NCBI GenBank assembly: GCA_910577735.1
Contig: CAJTOO010000015.1
Location: 16,074-80,073 of the forward strand
Direction: 5' to 3'
Length of the DNA: 64,000 nt
Origin: an uncultured Lachnospiraceae bacterium
GTDB lineage: Bacteria > Bacillota > Clostridia > Lachnospirales > Lachnospiraceae
Made by a program: the position numbers and the translations under genes. The notes under the pieces are model-generated. The model made no database searches, was not told the DNA's origin, and saw only the letters and a program-made list of their open reading frames with translations. Positions 37,807-46,240 of this stretch are shown in pieces. Each line of letters opens with the position of its first letter. Position 1 is the stretch's first letter.

Positions 37807-37832
37807 TAAAATTGCCACCCTTACGGTGGCAA
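37807..37832 (-). terminator. Rho-independent terminator of the kinase gene
   Basis: The - strand reads TTGCCACC (GTAAG) GGTGGCAA followed by TTTTAT. Confidence 0.65.
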
Positions 37833-37904
37833 CAAGAGCAAAAGCTATATGCTATAATAGACGCAGACTGCTGAGGATTCCTGTGTTTGTGCCTGTAAAA
37901 ATAT

Positions 37905-38975
37905 CTAGGAAACCAGAATGGATTCTATAATAACCAGAATGGTAATAAGCAAGAAGATTATTAATACATTTAGCAATAAAACTCCAATATAGTGCAAAAT
38001 TGGGTTTTTGCTTTTACATAAGGGCCAGAAATGCTGAACATTACAGTAATTAAAGGTGCAGCAAATAATTGACAAAAAGATTAATAAAGTAATAATGCGC
38101 TCCATCCATAATACAGGCCCGTAAATGCCCTGGAACTCCATAGTCAGAGAAAGCCAGAAGATAAATAGATAAATAGTGGTTGAAACAACTATTTTCCAAG
38201 GCGTTAGAGTCCTGTACCCTGGAGGAATCAGTAATTTCCAGGTGAAAAAATCTGATTTTGAATTTTTGAAAGGTTCCTTTTCTCCCTGAAGTTTTTCCTT
38301 CAAATCCTTTACAGATACAAAACGGTCCGAAGGGTTGATTTGAATACAACGGTTGATGATGCTTGTAAATTTATCCGTTGGTGCGGGAAGCGTGGAAGTA
38401 AGTTCTTTCAACAACACTCCCAGTGCATAAATATCGGTCTGCGGAGTGGAGGAACCAAAACCATACTGTTCTGGGGCGGCATATCCTTTCGTACCGAGCA
38501 ATATCGTATCAGAGGTGTTTATATTGGTTAAGTATTTAGCAGCGTTAAAGTCTATGAGTACGGCATGGTCATACGGTGTGATTATAATGTTAGAGGGTTT
38601 AATGTCTCTATGTATGATTGGTGTCGGCAGAGAATGAAGATGGTCAAGAATATCACACAGGTCGCAGATATAGCGTACTAGAGAAGCTGCAGATAATTGC
38701 CCTGTAACCATAATTTCCTGTAAAGATATGCCGGAAATAAATTCTTCAATAACGATTAACTGGTTATTTTCTTCTTGTATATCAATGACCTGAGGAATAC
38801 CGGTAATTTTATTCTGGCGCAGGTAAGCATATATTGAAAAGTTATATATATCCAATACTTTTTTAACATATATCTTTTTTGTAGCCTGGTGCTGTACTAG
38901 AAAAATGTTATGAGATTCGTTAATAACAGCGATTGTCTTGTAATAAGAAATACCAGGACAGATAGAGTAATCCAT
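37905..38975 (-). CDS. Hanks-type Ser/Thr protein kinase with a polytopic C-terminal membrane domain; atypical G-loop and DFN
   Basis: HRDIKPSNIII catalytic loop, DFN in place of DFG, GTKGYAAPEQ, and the VAIK-like Lys in IYVKK. No GxGxxG loop. About 4 TM segments follow residue 250. The gene is visibly AT-rich. Confidence 0.85.
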   Translation of the reverse strand: MDYSICPGISYYKTIAVINESHNIFLVQHQATKKIYVKKVLDIYNFSIYAYLRQNKITGIPQVIDIQEENNQLIVIEEFISGISLQEIMVTGQLSAASLVRYICDLCDILDHLHSLPTPIIHRDIKPSNIIITPYDHAVLIDFNAAKYLTNINTSDTILLGTKGYAAPEQYGFGSSTPQTDIYALGVLLKELTSTLPAPTDKFTSIINRCIQINPSDRFVSVKDLKEKLQGEKEPFKNSKSDFFTWKLLIPPGYRTLTPWKIVVSTTIYLFIFWLSLTMEFQGIYGPVLWMERIITLLIFLSIICCTFNYCNVQHFWPLCKSKNPILHYIGVLLLNVLIIFLLITILVIIESILVS

Positions 38976-39031
38976 AAATACAGATCCTTTCGAAATATAC
39001 TATTGAACATTATAGCAGATAGGAGAGCGTA

Positions 39032-39493
39032 ATGAACGAAAAAAGTACTCAGGAATTAGAAAATGTTTTGGGAAGCACACATATAAGTAATTACAATGCT
39101 TACTGTGAAGAACATAAAGAGAGTATGAAGATGGGAAAAGATGACTTCATCATATATATGAAAAAACTCTTCCAGGAAAAAAGACTGACACAACAGCAGG
39201 TATTTTTAAAGGCAGATATTCCTGAACGGTATGGCTATAAATTATTAAATGGAGAAAAGAGGACGAAACAAAGAGATGTGATTCTAAGAATCTGTTATGC
39301 GGCAGAGTTTTCCCTGCAGGAAACACAAAGAGCATTAAAAGAATACGAGATGCCGACGTTGTATGCCAAAAAACCAAGAGATGCGTTTATGATGATTGTG
39401 TTTAATGAAAGGCCCGGAAGCATCATTGATGTAAATGAACTCTTAAAAAGGAATGGTATGGAGCCGCTTCGTACAAGCGGGCTGCAGGATTGA
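39032..39493 (+). CDS. XRE-like helix-turn-helix protein, divergent from the kinase gene
   Basis: LTQQQVFLKADIPERYGYKLLNGEKRTKQRDVILRICYA resembles an HTH_3-type motif. An AGGAGA RBS precedes it. The intergenic region shared with the kinase gene is only 56 bp. Confidence 0.7.
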   Translation: MNEKSTQELENVLGSTHISNYNAYCEEHKESMKMGKDDFIIYMKKLFQEKRLTQQQVFLKADIPERYGYKLLNGEKRTKQRDVILRICYAAEFSLQETQRALKEYEMPTLYAKKPRDAFMMIVFNERPGSIIDVNELLKRNGMEPLRTSGLQD

Positions 39494-39611
39494 GATACTA
39501 AATTATAAGAGTTTTTGCTGCGTGGAGTGTTATGTGCTGCGTGCAGTTGAAAATGAATAAAACAATCAAACTAAATGATGGCCGGTATGGCAGACAAAGG
39601 AGGATATTTAC

Positions 39612-39959
39612 ATGAAAACATGGAAACTTGTGGCAGGAATAATTTCGATTATTTTATTTGTGGTGGTTTCATTCCAATCCTGTGCGGCGGGTGTGGTTAA
39701 TGCCCTGGAGGATAATGGAGGCACATCCGGATCGGTTGGAATACTGGTTGCGATTTTGTTGCTTGCAGGCGGTATCGTATCTATAGCGACCAGAAAGTCT
39801 GAGGGAAAGGGTGGGAATATTGCGCTCATTATTCTTTTTGGACTAGCAGCGTTGTGTGGATTCGCCGGACATGGAAATTATAGTGACCTTGTCATTTGGG
39901 CAGTATGGTGTCTGATCAATGCTGTTCTTGCAATTGTGGCATTGGTTAAGAATCATTAG
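39612..39959 (+). CDS. Small integral membrane protein (about 4 TM), unknown function
   Basis: A strong RBS (AAAGGAGG) and a hydrophobic 115-aa product. Confidence 0.65.
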   Translation: MKTWKLVAGIISIILFVVVSFQSCAAGVVNALEDNGGTSGSVGILVAILLLAGGIVSIATRKSEGKGGNIALIILFGLAALCGFAGHGNYSDLVIWAVWCLINAVLAIVALVKNH

Positions 39960-40056
39960 GTATGGATAAACGGAAATAAAAAGGGACACAAGAAATTGAA
40001 AAGCGTAGAAAAGGTGATAGAGCAATCTATTGCCTTTTTGCGTATGTCAGGAAAGA

Positions 40057-40085
40057 TTGACTTAGCAGAAAACAGTTCCTATAAT
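40057..40085 (+). promoter_or_regulatory. Near-consensus sigma-A promoter upstream of the GNAT gene
   Basis: TTGACT, a 17-nt spacer, then TATAAT, which leaves a leader of about 130 nt. Confidence 0.6.
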
Positions 40086-40221
40086 AAAAGAATAGATATA
40101 ATTTAACGTTTATCTGAATTTCAGGGAGGACACATAATAGCCGGGGCCGATACAGCGAACAGGATATTCATAGATTGAATGTCTTCACACAGGACCAGGC
40201 AGTATTGTGAAGAGAGATGGC

Positions 40222-41001
40222 ATGACAAATCAGGAAATATTACAGTGTGCACTACAACAGTCCGCAATAGATTCCCATTGTGAGCCGGAAGACTTTCTTA
40301 GGACAGAAAATATAATTGTAGTGTCAGAAAAGAACGAAAACGCCAGACGGTATCTGACTTTACCGTTTGCCTGTAATCTGGTGTCTTATGGCAGTAATGT
40401 GGTGGCATCGGTGCAGGAAGAGTTACGAGATACAGTCAGGCGGTATATAGAGAAGTATCCCGTGGAGCATCTTTTCGAGACGCCCAATATGCAGGTCATC
40501 AACACCGCGCTGATGGAACATGGCCTGCAGGTATGCTTTATGGCAGAATACTTTCTGCCGGACAGGACTGTGCTGAAAGATCTGCCTTGTGCTTATGAGA
40601 TGAGGATTCTGGAACAAAAAGATTTTGAGGCATTGTATGTGCCGGAGTGGAGTAATGCTTTGTGTGCAGATCGGAAACATCTGGATATGCTGGGCATAGG
40701 CGCTTATGATGGGGATAAACTCATAGGGCTGGCAGGCTGTTCTGCGGATTGTGAAACCATGTGGCAGATTGGGATAGACGTTCTGCCGCCTTACCGCAGG
40801 CAGGGCGTGGCGGCGGCATTGACAGCAAAGCTTGCCCTGGAAACCTTTGCAAGAGGTAAGATCCCTTTCTACTGCGCTGCCTGGTCCAATATCAAGTCTG
40901 TCCGCAATGCGATCAAGGCAGGATTTCGTCCGGCCTGGGTGGAGATGACGGCGAAGGAGATAAGTTTTGTGGAAAAGTTAAATAACGAAACGGTATCGTA
41001 A
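40222..41001 (+). CDS. GNAT-family N-acetyltransferase
   Basis: Acetyl-CoA motif A VLPPYRRQGVAAALTAKL. The start could be GTG 40207 or ATG 40222. Confidence 0.8.
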   Translation: MTNQEILQCALQQSAIDSHCEPEDFLRTENIIVVSEKNENARRYLTLPFACNLVSYGSNVVASVQEELRDTVRRYIEKYPVEHLFETPNMQVINTALMEHGLQVCFMAEYFLPDRTVLKDLPCAYEMRILEQKDFEALYVPEWSNALCADRKHLDMLGIGAYDGDKLIGLAGCSADCETMWQIGIDVLPPYRRQGVAAALTAKLALETFARGKIPFYCAAWSNIKSVRNAIKAGFRPAWVEMTAKEISFVEKLNNETVS

Positions 41002-41022
41002 AGTATCTGACAAGGAGGATAA

Positions 41023-41046
41023 GATTGAAAATTAAAATTTTCAATC
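41023..41046. repeat. Palindrome with perfect 11-bp arms
   Basis: GATTGAAAATT-AA-AATTTTCAATC, located between the GNAT and aldolase-like genes. Confidence 0.8.
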
Positions 41047-41121
41047 GCGAGATTTGTGTCTGCGCGCTGCTTGCCACAAACTCGTTTATGCGCAAAAAGC
41101 AGCGCAGAAATGGAGATGAAT

Positions 41122-42165
41122 ATGTTATCATTTGTAAGCGATTATATCAAGGGAGCCCATGAGAAGATTTTGGAACGGCTTATGGAGACCAATGATGAGG
41201 CATTGCCCGGGTATGGCAATGATGATTATTGTGAGAGCGCGAAGGAAAAGATCAGGAAAGCCTGTGATTGCAAGGAAGCAGAAATTTTCTTTCTGGCAGG
41301 AGGCACCCAGACCAATATGCTGGTAATCAGCACCCTGTTGAGACCCTATGAGGGTGTGGTGGCGGCCGTCACCGGCCATGTCAGTGTGCATGAAGCGGGG
41401 GCGATTGAGCACAGCGGACATAAGGTGCTGGAAATTCCTGGTCATGAAGGTAAGATATATGTCCCGGAGTTGGAACAATATCTGAAACGTTACTGGGAAG
41501 ACGGCAGTCATGAGCACATGGTTTTTCCGGGAATGGTTTATGTTTCCCATCCCACAGAGTATGGCACGTTGTACACCAGAAAAGAGCTGGAGGCATTATC
41601 CGGCGTATGCAGGGCGTACAAGATTCCTCTTTATCTGGACGGCGCTAGACTGGGTTATGGTCTTATGAGTAAGCATACAGATGTGACACTTCCCATGATT
41701 GCAAAGTATTGCGATGTGTTCTATATTGGCGGCACGAAAGTGGGAGCCTTATGCGGGGAGGCAGTGGTCTTTACGAAACAGAATATGCCGGCTCACTTTA
41801 TGACAATGGTGAAACAAAAGGGCGGGCTTCTGGCCAAAGGGCGTCTGCTGGGTGTGCAGTTTGACACCCTCTTTACGGATGATCTGTATTGTCAGATCAG
41901 CGGACAGGCAATTGAGACGGCTGAGGCTTTGAAAGCGTTATTCCGGGAGAAAGGTTATCGGTTCTTTCTTGATTCTCCCACGAACCAGCAATTCGTCATC
42001 CTAGAAAACGGAGAGCTGGAACGGCTGCGCAAAGAGGTGGGATTTGATATCTGGGAACCCTATGATGAAACCCATACAGTAGTACGTTTTGCCACAAGTT
42101 TTGCCACCAGACCAGAGGAGATTGAGGCACTGCGGAAAGTATTGGAAAATATCAGGAACCATTGA
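41122..42165 (+). CDS. PLP-dependent threonine aldolase / beta-eliminating lyase family protein
   Basis: SFVSDY ... GYGNDDY ... FLAGGTQTNMLVIS ... YLDGARL ... FYIGGTKVGALCGEAVVF, with the PLP Lys in GGTK. ATG 41122 follows GGAGA. Confidence 0.8.
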   Translation: MLSFVSDYIKGAHEKILERLMETNDEALPGYGNDDYCESAKEKIRKACDCKEAEIFFLAGGTQTNMLVISTLLRPYEGVVAAVTGHVSVHEAGAIEHSGHKVLEIPGHEGKIYVPELEQYLKRYWEDGSHEHMVFPGMVYVSHPTEYGTLYTRKELEALSGVCRAYKIPLYLDGARLGYGLMSKHTDVTLPMIAKYCDVFYIGGTKVGALCGEAVVFTKQNMPAHFMTMVKQKGGLLAKGRLLGVQFDTLFTDDLYCQISGQAIETAEALKALFREKGYRFFLDSPTNQQFVILENGELERLRKEVGFDIWEPYDETHTVVRFATSFATRPEEIEALRKVLENIRNH

Positions 42166-42198
42166 TGATATAGGGTTTTGGAATGGAGCATGTCAGAT

Positions 42199-42552
42199 AT
42201 GGAGAAACGTATTCTAAATTACAGAAAATACATAGATGAACTGCTGCGCAAGACAAGTGCAGACTGGGAGGCTGTGAGCAGGGAGCATTTGATTCAGATT
42301 TCCTTTTTTCAGCATGAGAGACTGATACATTTGATTGTCACGGTCACCTTTGCCATTCTGGAAATAATTGTGATTGGATTGTGTGTAACGGCATTTACGC
42401 CAGGAGTGGGACTTCTTTCGATTGCCCTGCTTGTGCTTCTGGTGCCTTATGTCCGGCATTATTATATTCTGGAAAATGAAGTACAGAAGATGTATGTTCA
42501 GTATGATAAACTGGTGGAAAAGCGGGATGGACAGGGGAAACATTTTAGTTAG
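42199..42552 (+). CDS. Small two-TM membrane protein, unknown function
   Basis: An ORF with two hydrophobic helices. The start is uncertain (TTG 42178, ATG 42190 or ATG 42199). Confidence 0.55.
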   Translation: MEKRILNYRKYIDELLRKTSADWEAVSREHLIQISFFQHERLIHLIVTVTFAILEIIVIGLCVTAFTPGVGLLSIALLVLLVPYVRHYYILENEVQKMYVQYDKLVEKRDGQGKHFS

Positions 42553-42577
42553 AAATATGCAGATTGCGGTGCAGTAT

Positions 42578-42608
42578 GCAACCTTTTACAGTGCTGAGAG
42601 GTGTTAAG
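42578..42608 (+). promoter_or_regulatory. Candidate ECF-type autoregulatory promoter of sigma module 2
   Basis: GCAACC, TTTT plus 13 nt (17-nt spacer), then GTGTTAAG, about 40 nt upstream of ATG 42649. It shares 10 of 10 positions at -35 and 11 of 13 at -10 with the site at 44156-44186. Confidence 0.6.
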
Positions 42609-42648
42609 AACAGAGTGGGAAATTCAGCACTCTGATAGGGTGGCTTAT

Positions 42649-43140
42649 ATGACGAAAGAGGAACGGATAACAACGGAAAATGCGGTGGACAGATATGCCG
42701 ATATGGTGTACCGGATTGCATTGTCACAAATGAAGAACAGAGCGGACGCGGACGATCTCTTTCAGGAAGTGTTTGTCCGGCTGGTCGGTCATATTCACGA
42801 ATTTACTTCCTGGGAACATGTGAAAGCATGGTTGATTCGAGTGACAATCAACTGCGCAAAGAAGTATTATAACCAGTACTGGAATAAAAATGTGGATTAT
42901 ATTGAGGATACGGAACAGTTTCAGGGAGCAGAAGCCTATGAACCGCCAGGAGAGCATCCGGTCAGACAAGCGGTAGCCAGGCTGGAGCCAAAGTACCGAA
43001 TGGCAGTGCATCTTTTTTACTTCGAGGAATTGTCGGTAGCAGAAATCGCACAGATAACAGAGCAGAAAGAGAGTACGGTCAAATCACAGCTGCATCGGGC
43101 CAGAGAAATGTTGAAGGATTTGTTAAAGGAAACCGGATAA
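42649..43140 (+). CDS. ECF-type sigma-70 family RNA polymerase sigma factor (module 2)
   Basis: Region 2 (DLFQEVFVRLV ... VKAWLIRVTINCAKK) and region 4 (LFYFEELSVAEIAQITEQKESTVKSQLHRAREML). The track GTG start at 42601 coincides with the putative -10 element, so I preferred ATG 42649. Confidence 0.85.
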   Translation: MTKEERITTENAVDRYADMVYRIALSQMKNRADADDLFQEVFVRLVGHIHEFTSWEHVKAWLIRVTINCAKKYYNQYWNKNVDYIEDTEQFQGAEAYEPPGEHPVRQAVARLEPKYRMAVHLFYFEELSVAEIAQITEQKESTVKSQLHRAREMLKDLLKETG

Positions 43141-43186
43141 AATGTGAAGCGCAAAGGGAAGTAAACGGTTGTAAAGGGAATAAAAA

Positions 43187-44131
43187 ATGAGTCTGATGCG
43201 TGAACAATTGGATTCTAGGAAGAGGAAATCATATAGCATGACGGATCAATACAAGAAGGAAACTGCACAGATACATGCACCCGCGGCGCTGCTGGAAAAG
43301 ACAAAGGCAGCAGTGCGGGCGGAAGAAGAGCGGATACGAAAAGAACAGACTGCCCGGGTTCCGATACCTGTATCGGGATTACAGGTATCTTATGCCGATT
43401 ATGTGGCATATCAGAAAAAAAGTTCTTTACGTAAATGGACGTATCCGTTGACTGCTGCAGCAGCAGTGGTGATATTATTTTCCGTATCCATGGCCATGAA
43501 GGGAATCGGAGATTCTGCAGGAGACAGAATGGCGGATGGCGCCATGATGGCAGAAGAATCGACGGCAGCGGAGGATGAGACATTTGCCGGGATGCCAGAA
43601 GAGATGGATTACGGTGAAGCTGCAGATAGTACTGCGGGAGAAGTAAACGCCAATGCGGCGCAAACAGACAGTATGGCAGAAGCAGCTCCGGAAGAGATAG
43701 AGAGCAGTGAAGAAGCTGCAGAAGCGCCATCAGCGGACTTTGCGGAAGGAGATATCCGCAAGCAGATGGAACAGGATAGTATGAAAAAGGAAAACGAGGC
43801 TGAAAAGGGGGACTTGGCCCGGGAAGATTCTCAGGCAGATACAGCAGGCAGTGTGGAGGATAAGTCAGCGGAGGAATACCAGTATGTAATAGATGGCAGC
43901 ATGAAAATAATAGAGGTAGACGAGAAGCCGGCCTTTTATCATTATGCAGGTGCCAGGGATGTGGTCTATGAGGGAGAGACTTACCGGGTGATTGAACAGA
44001 AACAAGGCTGGGGGGCGTATGTGGAAACGGAAGAAGGAAGGGCCTATGTAATTTGCGGACAGGCTGAGAGTGAGGAGGATTTTTTGCAGGAAGTGTATGA
44101 GGCGATGTACGAGATAAAGAAATCTCATTAA
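43187..44131 (+). CDS. Putative single-pass anti-sigma factor with an acidic low-complexity ectodomain
   Basis: It sits immediately downstream of the ECF sigma gene. It has one TM segment (LTAAAAVVILFSVSMAM) and an Ala/Glu/Asp-rich region followed by a small C-terminal domain. I saw no recognisable zinc-binding anti-sigma motif, so the role is inferred from position. An alternative start is ATG 43238. Confidence 0.6.
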   Translation: MSLMREQLDSRKRKSYSMTDQYKKETAQIHAPAALLEKTKAAVRAEEERIRKEQTARVPIPVSGLQVSYADYVAYQKKSSLRKWTYPLTAAAAVVILFSVSMAMKGIGDSAGDRMADGAMMAEESTAAEDETFAGMPEEMDYGEAADSTAGEVNANAAQTDSMAEAAPEEIESSEEAAEAPSADFAEGDIRKQMEQDSMKKENEAEKGDLAREDSQADTAGSVEDKSAEEYQYVIDGSMKIIEVDEKPAFYHYAGARDVVYEGETYRVIEQKQGWGAYVETEEGRAYVICGQAESEEDFLQEVYEAMYEIKKSH

Positions 44132-44155
44132 AGTTAGAAAAATATTTTATTTTTT

Positions 44156-44186
44156 GCAACCTTTTTTTATTTTGAAAGGTATTAAG
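44156..44186 (+). promoter_or_regulatory. Candidate ECF-dependent promoter of the vWA lipoprotein gene
   Basis: GCAACC, TTTT plus 13 nt (17-nt spacer), then GTATTAAG, about 80 nt upstream of ATG 44269. Confidence 0.6.
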
Positions 44187-44268
44187 GGTAGAGAGGTCAC
44201 AGAAAACATTGTGTTTATGTATCTTTCGGGGAGGAATCAGATATACATTTTAGAATGGAGGAAAAAGG

Positions 44269-46068
44269 ATGAAAAAGTGTGTAAAACAGATAACAGTATT
44301 CGGTTTGATAAGTGTCATGTTATTAACAGGATGCGGCGAACATAAGGAAATTGCCATGGATACACCGACAGAAGATGGGGGATATGCGGAAGAGGAATCG
44401 GCAGGTCCGCTGCCTGCATCAGGGGCAGATGGGGCTGTTGCAGAGGAAGCGCCCGCAGGTATAGCTGAGGAAGCAGCAGACGAATATGACAGTGCGGCGG
44501 CAGCGGACGAGTGGACGAAGGAGCGCAGCAGGGATGAGGCTGCTACCAAGGGAGAATTGTCTGACAGCTATCTGGATAGCTGCTACGATTTTGATGTAGA
44601 GATTCCGGATAATTCCGGAGAAGAGTACAGTGAGTGGGAAGAGAAAGGTTTTTCTTCTGTTATGGCACAGCCGCTCTCAACCTTTGCAGCAGATGTGGAC
44701 ACTGCTTCTTACAGCAATCTGCGAAGATTGATCAGAGATGGTTATGATCTGGACAATCTCCCGGATGGAGCGGTCAGAATAGAGGAGATGATCAATTATT
44801 TCTCTTATGAGTATGAAGACCCGTCGGGGTCAGATCCCTTTGGGGTGACGACACAGATAGGACGCTGCCCCTGGAATGATGAGGCAGAGCTTCTTATGAT
44901 TGGCCTCAAGACACAGGATATTGATTATTCCCGTGCACCGGAATCTAATCTGGTATTTTTGATAGATGTGTCAGGCTCCATGTTTTCAGAAGATAAGCTT
45001 CCGCTTTTACAGGAATCCTTCGGTCTGCTGGCAGAGAATCTTACGGAGAAGGACAGAATATCCATTGTAACTTATGCAGCGGAGTCTGAGATTGTTTTAA
45101 ATGGTGTCCATGGAGACGAGACTAAAAAGATTAAGAAGGCGTTAGCCGGTCTGGAAGCAAGCGGCAGGACACATGGAAGTGATGGCATTGAGACCGCTTA
45201 TGCGCTGGCAGAGGAGAACTTTATCAAAGGTGGCAACAATCGTATTATCCTGGCAACGGATGGTGACTTAAATGTGGGAATGACCACGGAGGAAGAATTG
45301 GAAGAACTGATTACTGAAAAGAAAGAAACGGGTATTTTCCTGTCGGTTCTGGGATTTGGGACAGGCAACATCAAAGATAATAAGATGGAGACCCTGGCGG
45401 ATAAAGGCAACGGTAATTACGCATACATAGATTGTCTGCGGGAAGCCAATAAGGTACTGGTGGAGGAGATGTCAGCCACATTGCTCACCATCTGCAAGGA
45501 TGTAAAGTTTCAGGTAGAGTTTAATCCACAGATTGTGGAGGGCTATCGGCTGATTGGTTATGAAAACAGGGCTTTGGCGCGGGAAGATTTTGATGACGAT
45601 ACCAAGGATGCCGGGGAAATTGGAGCTGGTCACAGTGTGACGGCACTCTATGAGATTATCTTGAAAAATCCGCTTGACGGCAGTCTGACAAAAGGAGAGA
45701 TCGAGGATCTGAAATACAGCAAAGAGTATAAGAAAAGACAGGAGGAAACGCCCGGTAAAACACCGTCAGAACCTTCCTCAGACAATAAATATGAAGAGTG
45801 GCTGACAATCAGCATCCGTTATAAGAAACCGGCAGAAGAGGAAAGCAATCTTCTGGAGTATCCGGTTGGATATGACAGCTATGAGGAGGAGCCCTCTGAT
45901 GACTTTATCTTTGCGGGGGCAGTGGCAGAGTTCGGATTGCTTGCATCTCACAGTGAATACCCGGAAGATGCTTCGGTGAAGAACGTGAAGAAGGCGTTAA
46001 TGGGAATTGATCTGTATGATGATGAGTACAAAGCAGAGTTTTATGAGCTGGTGCTGCTGGCAGAGTAG
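44269..46068 (+). CDS. von Willebrand factor type A (vWA) domain lipoprotein, YfbK-like
   Basis: Lipobox LTGCGE. The N-terminal vWA-associated domain reads STFAADVDTASYSNLRRLI ... RIEEMINYFSYEY. The MIDAS motif is VFLIDVSGSM, followed by ILATDGDLNVG. Confidence 0.88.
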   Translation: MKKCVKQITVFGLISVMLLTGCGEHKEIAMDTPTEDGGYAEEESAGPLPASGADGAVAEEAPAGIAEEAADEYDSAAAADEWTKERSRDEAATKGELSDSYLDSCYDFDVEIPDNSGEEYSEWEEKGFSSVMAQPLSTFAADVDTASYSNLRRLIRDGYDLDNLPDGAVRIEEMINYFSYEYEDPSGSDPFGVTTQIGRCPWNDEAELLMIGLKTQDIDYSRAPESNLVFLIDVSGSMFSEDKLPLLQESFGLLAENLTEKDRISIVTYAAESEIVLNGVHGDETKKIKKALAGLEASGRTHGSDGIETAYALAEENFIKGGNNRIILATDGDLNVGMTTEEELEELITEKKETGIFLSVLGFGTGNIKDNKMETLADKGNGNYAYIDCLREANKVLVEEMSATLLTICKDVKFQVEFNPQIVEGYRLIGYENRALAREDFDDDTKDAGEIGAGHSVTALYEIILKNPLDGSLTKGEIEDLKYSKEYKKRQEETPGKTPSEPSSDNKYEEWLTISIRYKKPAEEESNLLEYPVGYDSYEEEPSDDFIFAGAVAEFGLLASHSEYPEDASVKNVKKALMGIDLYDDEYKAEFYELVLLAE

Positions 46069-46141
46069 AGATACGATGACAGGTCTGGCAGTACGCAGCA
46101 GCTTCCGGTGGAAAGTTGTTTCATGAGGATAAGCAAATAAT

Positions 46142-46177
46142 AAAAGGTTCCGGATTTGATTGCGTCCGGAACCTTTT
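46142..46177. terminator. Bidirectional terminator between the convergent vWA and hsp20 genes
   Basis: AAAAGGTTCCGGA (10-nt loop) TCCGGAACCTTTT. Confidence 0.8.
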
Positions 46178-46240
46178 ATTAGTGTTTTATTTTATCCGAG
46201 ATCCGCGAAGCGGAGCTCGAGAAGTTATTTGCGAAGCAAA

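Noticed and set aside
39494-39611. A 20-codon ORF (MNKTIKLNDGRYGRQRRIFT) and a direct repeat, TGCTGCGTG x2, between the HTH and small-membrane-protein genes.
   Set aside because: There is no RBS before the mini-ORF. The 9-nt repeat is too short to separate from chance.
43215-44159. A 314-aa ORF on the - strand, exactly as long as the + strand anti-sigma-like ORF (43187-44131) that it mirrors.
   Set aside because: It has no RBS or promoter context. Its product is Pro/Leu/Ser-rich low-complexity sequence, which is typical of the antisense frame of a GAA/GCA/GAG-rich gene. The + strand ORF has a TM helix, an RBS and operon context. I treated it as a shadow ORF.
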